A stretch of DNA of 35,470 bases from positions 29,375-64,844 of the forward strand of contig JAVYLZ010000001.1 in assembly GCA_038740245.1 (NCBI GenBank), written 5' to 3'. The notes below the pieces were generated by a model. The model saw nothing but the letters and a program-made list of their open reading frames with translations. It did no database searches and was not told the DNA's origin. Below, one piece after another: positions 18,981 to 28,325 of the stretch (positions are counted from its first letter, which is position 1; each line of letters begins with the position of its first letter). The DNA is from Candidatus Micrarchaeia archaeon. GTDB taxonomy: Archaea; Micrarchaeota; Micrarchaeia; CAILAH01. Position numbers and translations under genes: made by a program.

Positions 18981-21900
18981 ATGAGGCAGCAGTTCCTATT
19001 GCTGTTATTGTTAGGGTCTGTGTGGGCCTGCGTTGATCTCTCAGAGCCAGGGACATGGGCTGGGAACATCGTTAATGTTTCCCCAAGCAACAAGTCTTTT
19101 TATGTTGTAAATAATACCACTTTATGCAGGCAGGACATTACAATCCCTACCGTACACCCCCTTTTCATAGTAAACCAAAGCAATACCGTGATTGACCTTA
19201 ACGGCTCAACACTGCGCGGTACCGGTCTGGGGAATGGAGTGTTAAGCCGTTATAACGGCACAGTAATTAGGAATGGCGTATTCAGAGACTTCTCAAATGC
19301 AATCGGCATATTTGATATAGACGAAAATAATAGGGACCTTTATTGGTCGTATTCTGAGAATCCAGGCAGTACTGCAGATGCTGCAAATATTGCGTTCGTT
19401 GATCCCGATGGGAACTATATAGTTGGTGGATATGAATCATCCAGTGGCAATAATGCGTGGTTTGTGAAAAAATTTTCCCCGGATGGGGATCAAATTTTCA
19501 ATTTTAGTTACAATCCGAGTACCCTAAGCGATATATTGTTTGGAGGTTGCGTTGATTCTGCTGAGAACTATATCTTTTCCGGCGGTGATACTTCCACAGG
19601 CAATATGCAATGGAGAATTATGAAGTTGTCTGCGGATGGTTCAACCCTCTGGTCACGAGCGTATGACATAAGTTCAGGTAACGACTATGCAGCTTCAATT
19701 GCAGTTGATGGGGATGGGAACTATGTGGCTGCCGGCATAGATCGCGTGCCAGGCAATTTCCAAATGAGGGTTATGAAGATTTCACCCAGTGGCGATTCTA
19801 TTTGGAACTGGACCCTAAACCCAAGCTCCGGGCAGGATTATTTAACTGCAGTTGCAGTTGATCCCGCAGGTGACTATATAGTTGGGGGATATGATAATAC
19901 ACCGGGCAACGCACAGTGGCGCGTTGTAAAAATCTCCCCAAATGGAACTGCCCTATGGAACTGGACCCAGAACCCAAGCGCTGGCTTTGATGCTCTTAAC
20001 TACATAACTGTAGATCTTGAAGGGAGCTATGTTGCAGTGGGATATGATTATTCCCTAGGCAATGCACAGTGGCGCGTTGTAAAAATCTCCCCAAATGGAA
20101 CTGCCCTATGGAACTGGACCCAAAACCCAAGCGCTGGCTTTGATTCTTTAACTTCAGTTGCAATAGATGAGGACGGTAACTATATCATTTTGGGCTACGA
20201 CTTTGTTCTAGGGTATATGAGACCAGTTTTACTAGCGATATCGCCTAATGGTAACTTGCTATGGCAATTTTCAGTAAATACTGGCGGCGCTGGCCTTTTA
20301 TCCTCTGTGGTGGTCGACAGCGAGGGCAATTACCTGGTATGTGGTTATGATTCCATCCCTGGAAACGCGGAATTGTTTATTGCAAAGATTGGCACTGAAA
20401 AGAACGCCCTGTCAGGCATTTTGCTTCAAGACATCTCAATTTATGATTCTAATATGTCAACTTTTCTGTCATTGCCTAATGCGGATGCAACGGCAAACAA
20501 TCTCACATTGGGGTATAATGAAGAAGTGGGCGTTTTGCAATATGAATCCCTGGTTTCTATTGATAACGCGGTATCAAACAGTTACGGGGTTTTGCTAAGA
20601 CCGAATTTCATTTCAGTTAACAGCGGTTCAATCCCTTCTTTTGATGCCCCCGCTAGCATTATCCTCTACGCACCGTTGTGTACAGACCGTAGCGTATACA
20701 CAACTTATAAGGGACCGGGCTTCCCTCGGAGCAGCTCAGAAATAATAAGTTATGATGAGGTGTATATTCCATTAAGCTCTGAATGCAGGTCCCCCACCTC
20801 TTTTATGTTTGAGGTTGGTTCGTTTAGCGGCTATGCGTTGTCTTATGGTGGATGTATTGACCTCTCTGATAACCGGACTTGGGCCGAAAATAAAGTACAT
20901 GCGATAGGAAACGGTTCAATGCTGCATATACTGCGCAACATTACCCTATGCAGGCAGGACATTACAATCCCTACCGTACACCCCCTTTTCATAGTAAACC
21001 AAAGCAATACCGTGATTGACCTTAACGGCTCAACACTGCGCGGTACCGGTCTGGGGAAGGGGGTGTTAAGCCGTTATAACGGGACTGCTATTAGAAACGG
21101 AGTATTTGATAATTTTGGAAATGCGATAAGCATATACGACATAGACGATGGTTCACCCACAGTTGATTTCAAATTGAATTTTACAGATGGTGCGATTTTC
21201 TCAGTGGATGTTGACCAGGACGGAAATTATGTAATAGGTGGCGCATATAATTTCAGTTCTGGCAATCCTGGCCTTTATGTTGCGAAGATGCTTCCAAATG
21301 GCAGCATTGTTTGGGAATGGAAAAGGGGACCTTCCGGCGCGCAGAATTCAATATTGGATGTAGCAATTGATCAGGACGGCAGTTGCATCGCCGTAGGGTT
21401 TGATTCAGCCTCTGGTAGCCAGCGGATGTTTGCTGTTAAGCTTTATGCCAATGGCTCTGAGGGATGGACTTGGGGCAAAGATATTAGTCCAAATGCCGAT
21501 TATGCCACTTCCGTTGCAGTTGATCGCGATGGGAATTATATCTTAGCCGGGATGGATTACTTATCAGGCAGGTATGGTATGAGGGCGATTAAGCTTAGCA
21601 GCAGCGGTTCAGAGCTTTGGAATTGGAGTTTTATTGGTCCACTTGGGAATTATGAAGCTTATGATGTGGCGGTTGATTCGGATAACAACTATATGATAGT
21701 TGGATCAGGGTATAATAGCTCTTTGGGAAATTATGAGATGAGGGCTGTTAAATTAAGCGGGGGAGGAGATACCCTGTTTAATGTTACAATTAATCCGACC
21801 GCAGGATACAACATATTATATTCCGTGGCAGTTGACCAGGATGGTAACTATGTTTGTGTCGGGGTTGCAGATGATGAAGGCGTATTAGTTAAGCTTTATC

Positions 21901-23687
21901 CAAATGGAAGCCTGATCTATATGGGATCTTATGATGTTATGGCCGGAGATGAACAACTTGTTTCGGTTGCAGTGGATCAAGATAACAACTATGTTCTTGG
22001 TGGCGATGGTTGGTCTTCTTCTGGCAACAATGAATGGTTCATCATAAAAACCTTGAAAAATGGGAGAGAGTTGTTTAGTTCTCCCCAGAACTTTGCCCCG
22101 GATGACGATTTTATTAGTAAAGTTGCAGTGGATTTCAACGGTGACATAATTGCAGTTGGGGATGGGACAGACTCTAGCAGCCAGTTTATGGAAGTGTTGA
22201 AGCTTAAAACAAATAAACACAGTCTCTCAGGAGTTTTATTGTCCAACGTTTCGATTTATGACTCAAATATGTCTACGTTTTTGGCTCTGCCCAGCGCAAA
22301 CGCAGAACTAATAAACACGATTGTGGGGTACAATGAAACGGCAGGCAAAGTAAGGTATTCTTCTGTTCCAGCAGCTGGCGGGTTGTTGGCAAATAATATG
22401 ACTATTCTGTTGCGCCCTGAGTTTGTATCACTTGATGAAACTCAAGTTCCATCATTTAGCACCAATGCAGAGATAACACTCTACGTGCCAAACTGCTCAA
22501 CTCCAAATAAGTATGCAGTATACCGATTGGCAGGATTCCCGCAAAGCAGGGATGAAATAATTGCTACTGGAAGCGTTTACTCTTCTACAAGCAAGGTTTG
22601 CCAATCAGAATCTTTGCTTGCATTTGGGGTTACCTCGTTTAGCGGCTATTCTCTCAATGAAACAATAGATGCGCCTCAACCACCCAGTGGAGGATCCGGG
22701 GGGACCAGCAGGAGGCATCTTCTTAGGGTAGCCCCCATAGAGAAGCAATACGTGAGAGTTAATGAGCCGCTATTGCTGCAAGTAACGATTGAAAATACAG
22801 GGGATTATACAGAAAGAAAAATCTCAGTTGGTTTAGAGCCTCAGGATTACATTGTGGCAGCTAATTCAACAATATACTCGCTTGAAAGTGGATATTCGGC
22901 CAATTCCTCGATTGCAATTACCGGTCTTAAGCCAGGCGAATATCTGCTTCGCATTATCGTGAGTAGTGAGAGTGGAGCGGGTGATGAGGCTGGACTTGAG
23001 CTATCGGTGCTTCCGCAGTGCAGTTCAGATTTTCAGTGCAAGTCGGATGAGTATTGCGACGAAGGAGTTTGTTCAAAGCTGAAATGCGAAAAGGGGAGAA
23101 TAGAAAATAACAGGTGCGTATACTATGAATGCATTATGGACTCTGATTGCAGTGGGGGCGGCAGATGCATTGAACACAAATGCATTGAGATAAATTGCAG
23201 CCGCTTTGAGAAGATAGTGGCAAATGAATGCCAACCTCTTAAAGCTGAGATCGGCTTATCGGCAAGCAGTGTAACGGTTGGCGATGATTTTGTAGTGTTT
23301 GTGCTAATAGACGGTGTAAAAACAGCTGGTGTCCCCCTCCTTGTCAAATATCCAGATGGATCTATTGAAAGAATCATTTCAGAACCAGAAGGGGCAAGAG
23401 TACGTGCATTAAATGCAGGCATTTATGTATTTTCAATTGAGGAACTTCCAGAGCATACCAAAAAAGCATATGCGTATGAATTGCCTGCGATAACACCAGA
23501 GCCCGTTTCTGAAACCGTTTCTACGCAAGTACAAACGCCGCAGCCAAAATGCTGCCTTATTGGGATTTGTTTAGAGCTGTTTGGTGTATGCTGGTATTAT
23601 TGGGTATTCGCCGCAATTGCAACACTAGTTGTATTAAGGCTGGTGCTTAAGCAAAATAAAAAGTTGCAAAAATCAAGAAAATACTAG
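18981..23687 (+). CDS. Very large membrane-anchored surface protein: two duplicated modules with beta-propeller-like repeats, Cys-rich EGF-like region, C-terminal TM anchor
   Basis: Signal peptide from ATG 18981; ~51-aa repeats SVAVD.DGNY...G.D; C..D..C repeats; CC..GIC...FGVCWYYW TM tail followed by a basic end. Confidence 0.8.
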   Translation: MRQQFLLLLLLGSVWACVDLSEPGTWAGNIVNVSPSNKSFYVVNNTTLCRQDITIPTVHPLFIVNQSNTVIDLNGSTLRGTGLGNGVLSRYNGTVIRNGVFRDFSNAIGIFDIDENNRDLYWSYSENPGSTADAANIAFVDPDGNYIVGGYESSSGNNAWFVKKFSPDGDQIFNFSYNPSTLSDILFGGCVDSAENYIFSGGDTSTGNMQWRIMKLSADGSTLWSRAYDISSGNDYAASIAVDGDGNYVAAGIDRVPGNFQMRVMKISPSGDSIWNWTLNPSSGQDYLTAVAVDPAGDYIVGGYDNTPGNAQWRVVKISPNGTALWNWTQNPSAGFDALNYITVDLEGSYVAVGYDYSLGNAQWRVVKISPNGTALWNWTQNPSAGFDSLTSVAIDEDGNYIILGYDFVLGYMRPVLLAISPNGNLLWQFSVNTGGAGLLSSVVVDSEGNYLVCGYDSIPGNAELFIAKIGTEKNALSGILLQDISIYDSNMSTFLSLPNADATANNLTLGYNEEVGVLQYESLVSIDNAVSNSYGVLLRPNFISVNSGSIPSFDAPASIILYAPLCTDRSVYTTYKGPGFPRSSSEIISYDEVYIPLSSECRSPTSFMFEVGSFSGYALSYGGCIDLSDNRTWAENKVHAIGNGSMLHILRNITLCRQDITIPTVHPLFIVNQSNTVIDLNGSTLRGTGLGKGVLSRYNGTAIRNGVFDNFGNAISIYDIDDGSPTVDFKLNFTDGAIFSVDVDQDGNYVIGGAYNFSSGNPGLYVAKMLPNGSIVWEWKRGPSGAQNSILDVAIDQDGSCIAVGFDSASGSQRMFAVKLYANGSEGWTWGKDISPNADYATSVAVDRDGNYILAGMDYLSGRYGMRAIKLSSSGSELWNWSFIGPLGNYEAYDVAVDSDNNYMIVGSGYNSSLGNYEMRAVKLSGGGDTLFNVTINPTAGYNILYSVAVDQDGNYVCVGVADDEGVLVKLYPNGSLIYMGSYDVMAGDEQLVSVAVDQDNNYVLGGDGWSSSGNNEWFIIKTLKNGRELFSSPQNFAPDDDFISKVAVDFNGDIIAVGDGTDSSSQFMEVLKLKTNKHSLSGVLLSNVSIYDSNMSTFLALPSANAELINTIVGYNETAGKVRYSSVPAAGGLLANNMTILLRPEFVSLDETQVPSFSTNAEITLYVPNCSTPNKYAVYRLAGFPQSRDEIIATGSVYSSTSKVCQSESLLAFGVTSFSGYSLNETIDAPQPPSGGSGGTSRRHLLRVAPIEKQYVRVNEPLLLQVTIENTGDYTERKISVGLEPQDYIVAANSTIYSLESGYSANSSIAITGLKPGEYLLRIIVSSESGAGDEAGLELSVLPQCSSDFQCKSDEYCDEGVCSKLKCEKGRIENNRCVYYECIMDSDCSGGGRCIEHKCIEINCSRFEKIVANECQPLKAEIGLSASSVTVGDDFVVFVLIDGVKTAGVPLLVKYPDGSIERIISEPEGARVRALNAGIYVFSIEELPEHTKKAYAYELPAITPEPVSETVSTQVQTPQPKCCLIGICLELFGVCWYYWVFAAIATLVVLRLVLKQNKKLQKSRKY
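19123..21058 (+). repeat. Identical 112-bp direct repeat pair (19123-19234 and 20947-21058) inside the large surface protein gene
   Basis: TATGCAGGCAGGACATTACAATCCCTACC...ACCGGTCTGGGGAA reads identically at both sites. Confidence 0.9.
19905..20144 (+). repeat. 87-bp near-identical repeat pair (19905-19991 and 20058-20144; offset 153 bp)
   Basis: GGCAAYGCACAGTGGCGCGTTGTAAAAATCTCC...GCTGGCTTTGAT with two synonymous mismatches. Confidence 0.9.
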
Positions 23688-24043
23688 ATTAGATCAATTC
23701 AATTTCCCTATCTCGCTATCAAACGATGATGCCAATTAAACTTATTGACGAACCACAGCTCACGGGTTATCTTTACTATACTTTGCATATGCCTGTACGC
23801 ATGCCGGCGAACTTTTAAGCTCCAGGTCTACCGGCGATGCAGCAGAAGGCGATAATGTGAGGAGTGCACCCTGCCAAAACGGCCATCTTAAGAAATGGCT
23901 TGCTCGTCGGCCTGCATTTGCAATTAAATGTGGCGTATCCTTGCAACTGGCTCATATACGTAACGCATCCTCTTTTATTAAATGTTGCGATTTTGATGGC
24001 AGGCACGGAAAATGCATAAAAGTATGTTGGGGGATATGCATGT

Positions 24044-24595
24044 ATGCCCTACAAGTTCCTATACGAGCGCAGCGACACCTGGCTGCAACGGCACGAGGCG
24101 CTTGAGCTGTTTGGGTTTTCATTGCTTTTGCTCACACTGCCGTTCATCATCCCTGGCCCGCAGTTTATCACGGGCACGCTGGTTAATGCAATACTCATAC
24201 TCTCTGCATTGCACCTCCGTGGCGCCCAGCTCATGCCAATAATCATGCTGCCATCCATAGCAGTGTATGTTACAGGATACATATTCGGTTCTGCATCGCC
24301 AGCACTGATTTACATAATTCCTGCAATTTGGCTTGGGAATTCAGTGCTCGTTTTCGGCATGAAGTACCTGCACGTGCACAAGGGGTGGGGCTATGCAAGG
24401 GCGCTTTTAGTGTCCGCAGCAGCAAAGGCCGCGATACTCTTTGCAAGCGCATATGCACTTTTCACAGGGAACCTTATTCCGCAGGCAATACTTAGTGCAA
24501 TGGGTGTGATACAGCTTGCAACTGCGCTTATGGGCGGTGCGCTTGCATACTCAGTAGCGGGCATAATGTCAGCATGCCTGCGGAGCCGGCCTTAG
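24044..24595 (+). CDS. ECF transporter S-component-like membrane protein
   Basis: About six TM helices; PQFITGTLVNAILI, LPS, IPAIWLGN, QLATALMGG. Confidence 0.7.
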   Translation: MPYKFLYERSDTWLQRHEALELFGFSLLLLTLPFIIPGPQFITGTLVNAILILSALHLRGAQLMPIIMLPSIAVYVTGYIFGSASPALIYIIPAIWLGNSVLVFGMKYLHVHKGWGYARALLVSAAAKAAILFASAYALFTGNLIPQAILSAMGVIQLATALMGGALAYSVAGIMSACLRSRP

Positions 24596-24615
24596 CGTTT
24601 TATTCTGTGCGCAGC

Positions 24616-25167
24616 TCATATGCTATTGTAAATTGTGGCACGCACTTCCTCCGAGATTGAAATGATGTCAATGAACTTCCCTATAAAGCCTTGGTTTAGC
24701 AGGTTTGCACTAACTACGTTGTTGAACTGCGATGAGTAAACTACCTCCATGAGTATCTCATCCTTGCCGAGTAACGGAGAGGTGCGCCAGCAGGCGAGCA
24801 TTTTTTCAAGCGGAGGCCTTGCCTTTTCAAGGAGTGTTGCATAGTATAGGTTTGCATGGCCGTAGCTTATCTCAAATGTCTCTGTCTCAGAATAGCCGTT
24901 TGGTGCATGCTGCTGGAATTTGAATGTATTTTTTTCATCTAAGGAGAGCGCGAGCTGGAGCTCCTGCAGGAGTGTCTTGTGCGCATTTGCATTGAAGAGC
25001 TTGGCACGCTGCACAATCTCGTCAAAAATCCGAGGTGCGTTGCCCCAGAGCCTAACACCGATAATGCCCTGTGAATGCTTTGCAATGGTGATATCCTCAA
25101 GCAAGCCAATGCACTTGAATGCATTGTTCTGACTGCCGCTAACAATGGCTTTTTTTTGTAGCTCCAT
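24616..25167 (-). CDS. Hypothetical protein
   Basis: Long ORF filling the gap, with GGAG upstream of ATG 25167. No recognised motif. Confidence 0.55.
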   Translation of the reverse strand: MELQKKAIVSGSQNNAFKCIGLLEDITIAKHSQGIIGVRLWGNAPRIFDEIVQRAKLFNANAHKTLLQELQLALSLDEKNTFKFQQHAPNGYSETETFEISYGHANLYYATLLEKARPPLEKMLACWRTSPLLGKDEILMEVVYSSQFNNVVSANLLNQGFIGKFIDIISISEEVRATIYNSI

Positions 25168-25244
25168 AGTACCACTCCATTTCAATTAGGTATTGGCTGC
25201 ATTAAGCAGCCAACAAATTTAAACCTACTTAGCGAATGCTAATT

Positions 25245-26330
25245 ATGGAAGAGATTTACCTAGGCAAGACAGACCTGCTCATACAGAAGCTTGAAGAGGA
25301 GCTGAAGGGCCCTAAAACTGTCGTCGTCCAGATTGCACCTGCGGTCCGCGTAACGCTCGGTGAGATGTTCAGCCGCCCGTACGGCGAGGATAACACAGGG
25401 AAAGTGATAGGCGCGCTGCAGGCGCTGGGGTTCACGCACGTTGTTGATACCTCAATAGGCGCGGATGCGGCTTCATACTTGGAGGCGCGCGAGCTTGTCA
25501 AGTACCTTGAGAAAGGCGACAATTCAGTGTTCCCAAAGTTCAACTCCTGCTGCATCGGCTGGATGCTATACGTAAAGCGCAGGCACAAGGAGCTGCTGCA
25601 GAAAAGCTCAATATGCCCGGTGCTCTCGCCGCAGCTCGCAACCGGCGCGCTCGTAAAGCTCTATTCCTCAAAAAAGCTCGGCCTTACGCCAGACGACATA
25701 ATCGTTGTTTCAATAATGCCCTGCACGATGAAGAAGGAGGAGGCGCTTGAGCGCTCCCGCGAGGGCCGGCGCCACGTTGACTATGTGATGACCACGGTTG
25801 AGCTTGCCGAGTGGATGAAGAAGCGTGGCATTGATTTCAATTCGGTTAAGGAAGGCTCGCTCAGCCCAATACTGCCCGTCCCCTCACGTCTTGGCGTGGG
25901 GTTCGGCGCAACCGGAGGCGTGTCAGAATCAATAATGGAGACGGCTGCGCATTTCTTGGGCGAGCGCCCGGTGCTCGCGGACCTGCGCAACGACGACCAG
26001 ATATACAGGAAAACCTACCGCATAGGGAAATATGAAGTGAAAATGGCAAAGGTGTTCGGATTCAGGAACCTTGAGGCGGTGCTCAAGGAGATTGAAGGCG
26101 GTAAGTTCTACCATTTTGTAGAGGTTATGCAGTGCGAGTACGGCTGCGTTGGCGGGCCTGGCCAGCCGCAAGCGTCCAGCGAGCAGATAAAGCTGAGGGC
26201 GGCAGGCATGCGCGGGGCATCTATAAAAGCAAAGGCAAACGATGTGCTTGACACCCCGTCACTTAAGGAGATAATTGATGAGGTTCTGGGTGTGCAGGGC
26301 GAGTGCACGCTTAATTTCTCTTGGATGTAA
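25245..26330 (+). CDS. hydA: Minimal (H-domain-only) [FeFe] hydrogenase
   Basis: VQIAPAVRV, P1-like FNSCCIGW, SPQ, P2 IMPCTMKKEE, FGATGGV, P3 EVMQCEYGCVGGPGQP. No N-terminal ferredoxin domains. Start could also be 25236. Confidence 0.9.
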   Translation: MEEIYLGKTDLLIQKLEEELKGPKTVVVQIAPAVRVTLGEMFSRPYGEDNTGKVIGALQALGFTHVVDTSIGADAASYLEARELVKYLEKGDNSVFPKFNSCCIGWMLYVKRRHKELLQKSSICPVLSPQLATGALVKLYSSKKLGLTPDDIIVVSIMPCTMKKEEALERSREGRRHVDYVMTTVELAEWMKKRGIDFNSVKEGSLSPILPVPSRLGVGFGATGGVSESIMETAAHFLGERPVLADLRNDDQIYRKTYRIGKYEVKMAKVFGFRNLEAVLKEIEGGKFYHFVEVMQCEYGCVGGPGQPQASSEQIKLRAAGMRGASIKAKANDVLDTPSLKEIIDEVLGVQGECTLNFSWM

Positions 26331-26333
26331 AAT

Positions 26334-26348
26334 GCCCCCTTTTGGGGC
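26334..26348. terminator. Short hairpin between convergent hydA and radA
   Basis: GCCCC-CTTTT-GGGGC stem-loop in the short gap between the two stop codons. Confidence 0.35.
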
Positions 26349-26368
26349 CGTGAAAATTAATTGAAAAA

Positions 26369-27367
26369 TTAGGAATCGCCGATGCCGTCCTCGGTCACCG
26401 TGAATATGACCTCGCCTTCAGGCAGGCTTGGCGAGTCCACGAGCCTTGCAATCCTCTTCTCCGCCTTCCCTTTCCTCAGGTAAACGCGGAATGTTGCGTT
26501 GTGCGCAAGCACGTGGCCGCCGATTGGCGCAGTTGGGTCGCCGAAAAGTATGTCCGGCCTGTCCATAACCTGGTTGGTAATATAAATCGCGATGTTGTAC
26601 ATATCGGCGAGCTTCTGGAGCTGGTGCAGGTGCCTGTTTAGTTTCTGCTGGCGCTCGCCGAGCGCACCGCGGCCCATATAATCGCTCCTGAAGTGCGACA
26701 TCATTGAGTCCACAACAATGAGCTTGATGTTTTTCTCCTTTATGAGGTTGGCCGCCTTCTCCGCAAGTATTATCTGGTGGTCCGAGTTTATTGCCTTCGC
26801 AACATAAATGTTCTTGAGCACCTGCTGCGGGTCAAGGTTCTTGGCCTCGGCCATCTGCACAATCCTCTCGGGCCTGAACGTTGACTCGGTGTCAATGAAC
26901 AGGCACGCGCCGCCAAGCCCGCCCTCCTCGGGGGGCAATTGCACATTGACCGCGAGCTGGAACCCAACCTGGCTTTTACCGGACGAGAATTTGCCGTAGC
27001 ATTCGGTTATCGCCTGCGTCTCCACACCGCCGCCCAGCAGCTTGTCAAGCTCCTTTGACCCGGTGCTTATGCGCGCAATGGTTTTCCGGCGCTCCATAAT
27101 CACGTCTGCGCTCTCAAACCCCATCTCAAGCGCATCCCTTGCCGCGCTTATTGCCTTCTTTGCGGTCTCCACGCCAATCTCAGCAATCTCGCTTATCTCG
27201 TGGGCGGATGCGGTGGCAACCTTCTCAAACGAGTCGTACCCGGCCTTCCGGAGCTTCTCAGCGGTGGCCTTCCCGATGCCCGGCAGGTCCTCAAGCCTCT
27301 GCACATTCTTGCCTGCGGGCAGCTCCTCATACTCCATTTCCTCAACAACTTCCTCTTCACGTGCCAT
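26369..27367 (-). CDS. radA: DNA repair/recombination protein RadA
   Basis: N-terminal Hh[14 protein letters not shown] polymerisation motif, Walker [43 protein letters not shown]. Confidence 0.98.
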   Translation of the reverse strand: MAREEEVVEEMEYEELPAGKNVQRLEDLPGIGKATAEKLRKAGYDSFEKVATASAHEISEIAEIGVETAKKAISAARDALEMGFESADVIMERRKTIARISTGSKELDKLLGGGVETQAITECYGKFSSGKSQVGFQLAVNVQLPPEEGGLGGACLFIDTESTFRPERIVQMAEAKNLDPQQVLKNIYVAKAINSDHQIILAEKAANLIKEKNIKLIVVDSMMSHFRSDYMGRGALGERQQKLNRHLHQLQKLADMYNIAIYITNQVMDRPDILFGDPTAPIGGHVLAHNATFRVYLRKGKAEKRIARLVDSPSLPEGEVIFTVTEDGIGDS

Positions 27368-27443
27368 TTAAACACACCGCTAATTAGTTGTGGGTTTCAG
27401 TGTTTAATAAGTTTTCAGGGTGGGTTTCCAGTGACTTTTCGAG

Positions 27444-28034
27444 CTACACTCTCTTGCAAATGTTATAGAAACCGCAGTCCGCGCACTTTTTTAGGTAATC
27501 AGCGGCCTCAGGCATCTCCTCTGTTTTGATGGTTTCTCGCATTGAGCTTAGCACAGCCAAAAATTCCGCATCAGAATAGGCCCCCACCCTCACTTTGATT
27601 AGTCGCTTATCTTTCAAGTATTTTACATATGCACAATATATTTGCAATCCTAAGACTTTTCTCACGAGATATGCCTCTGCAAATAACTGGAATTTTTGGG
27701 TCCGGTATAACATTCGCGGTGCAAATGAATCCTTTGCCTGCAATACGTACGCAGAATTGTTCTTGGTATCAATCATAAGGCAGTCCAGAACAGTCCTGAA
27801 CCCGCTATCACTATCCTCAAGAAATACATCATACTTTTTTTCGTAACCCCTAAATTCATCGGCAATCATTGCCCGCTTTGAATTCGTGTTGAATTTTTTG
27901 TGGAACTCTCTGCCCCTGTATTCTTTAACTGTGGTTGCTTGTGGTATATGAAGTACACGTTCAAAATACAGTATGCGGGGGCAATAAATGTAATTCATCA
28001 GGTCTCGCACGGTAAAATACTGTTCCCAATTCAT
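27444..28034 (-). CDS. cas4: CRISPR-associated Cas4
   Basis: YCPR N-terminal Cys, G..FH, QLFAEAYL, C-terminal KCADCGFYNIC Fe-S motif. Adjacent to cas2. Confidence 0.9.
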   Translation of the reverse strand: MNWEQYFTVRDLMNYIYCPRILYFERVLHIPQATTVKEYRGREFHKKFNTNSKRAMIADEFRGYEKKYDVFLEDSDSGFRTVLDCLMIDTKNNSAYVLQAKDSFAPRMLYRTQKFQLFAEAYLVRKVLGLQIYCAYVKYLKDKRLIKVRVGAYSDAEFLAVLSSMRETIKTEEMPEAADYLKKCADCGFYNICKRV

Positions 28035-28321
28035 TATTCCACCAGATAAAAGTCTTTTTCACGTACACGCTCCTCATCAAGGAACCCAACTATGATTTTG
28101 TTGTGCATACATCCTTCACAAGCAGGTATGAGAAATGCCACGTCAGTTTCTTTATTTAGTGCGTCTTCTATCTCAGATCCAAGCATTTCAGCCTTATTTT
28201 TCGAGAGTGTTCCTAAAAAAGCACTCTTTTGAACACGCAAAAGCCCATAGTTCTTACAAAGCTTAACGACATAATTTCTAACCTTAGTTTCACTAATGTC
28301 ATATATAACCCAGTAGTTCAT
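28034..28321 (-). CDS. cas2: CRISPR-associated Cas2
   Basis: VIYDISE..VR...K.CKNYGL.RVQKSAFLG, C..C. Confidence 0.95.
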   Translation of the reverse strand: MNYWVIYDISETKVRNYVVKLCKNYGLLRVQKSAFLGTLSKNKAEMLGSEIEDALNKETDVAFLIPACEGCMHNKIIVGFLDEERVREKDFYLVE

Positions 28322-28325
28322 CTCA

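Noticed and set aside
23850..23912. Fluoride riboswitch or hammerhead ribozyme
   Set aside because: GTGAGGAGTGCAC...AAAACG is superficially similar, but the conserved 3' GAUGAC element and the hammerhead CUGAnGA/GAAA core are missing.
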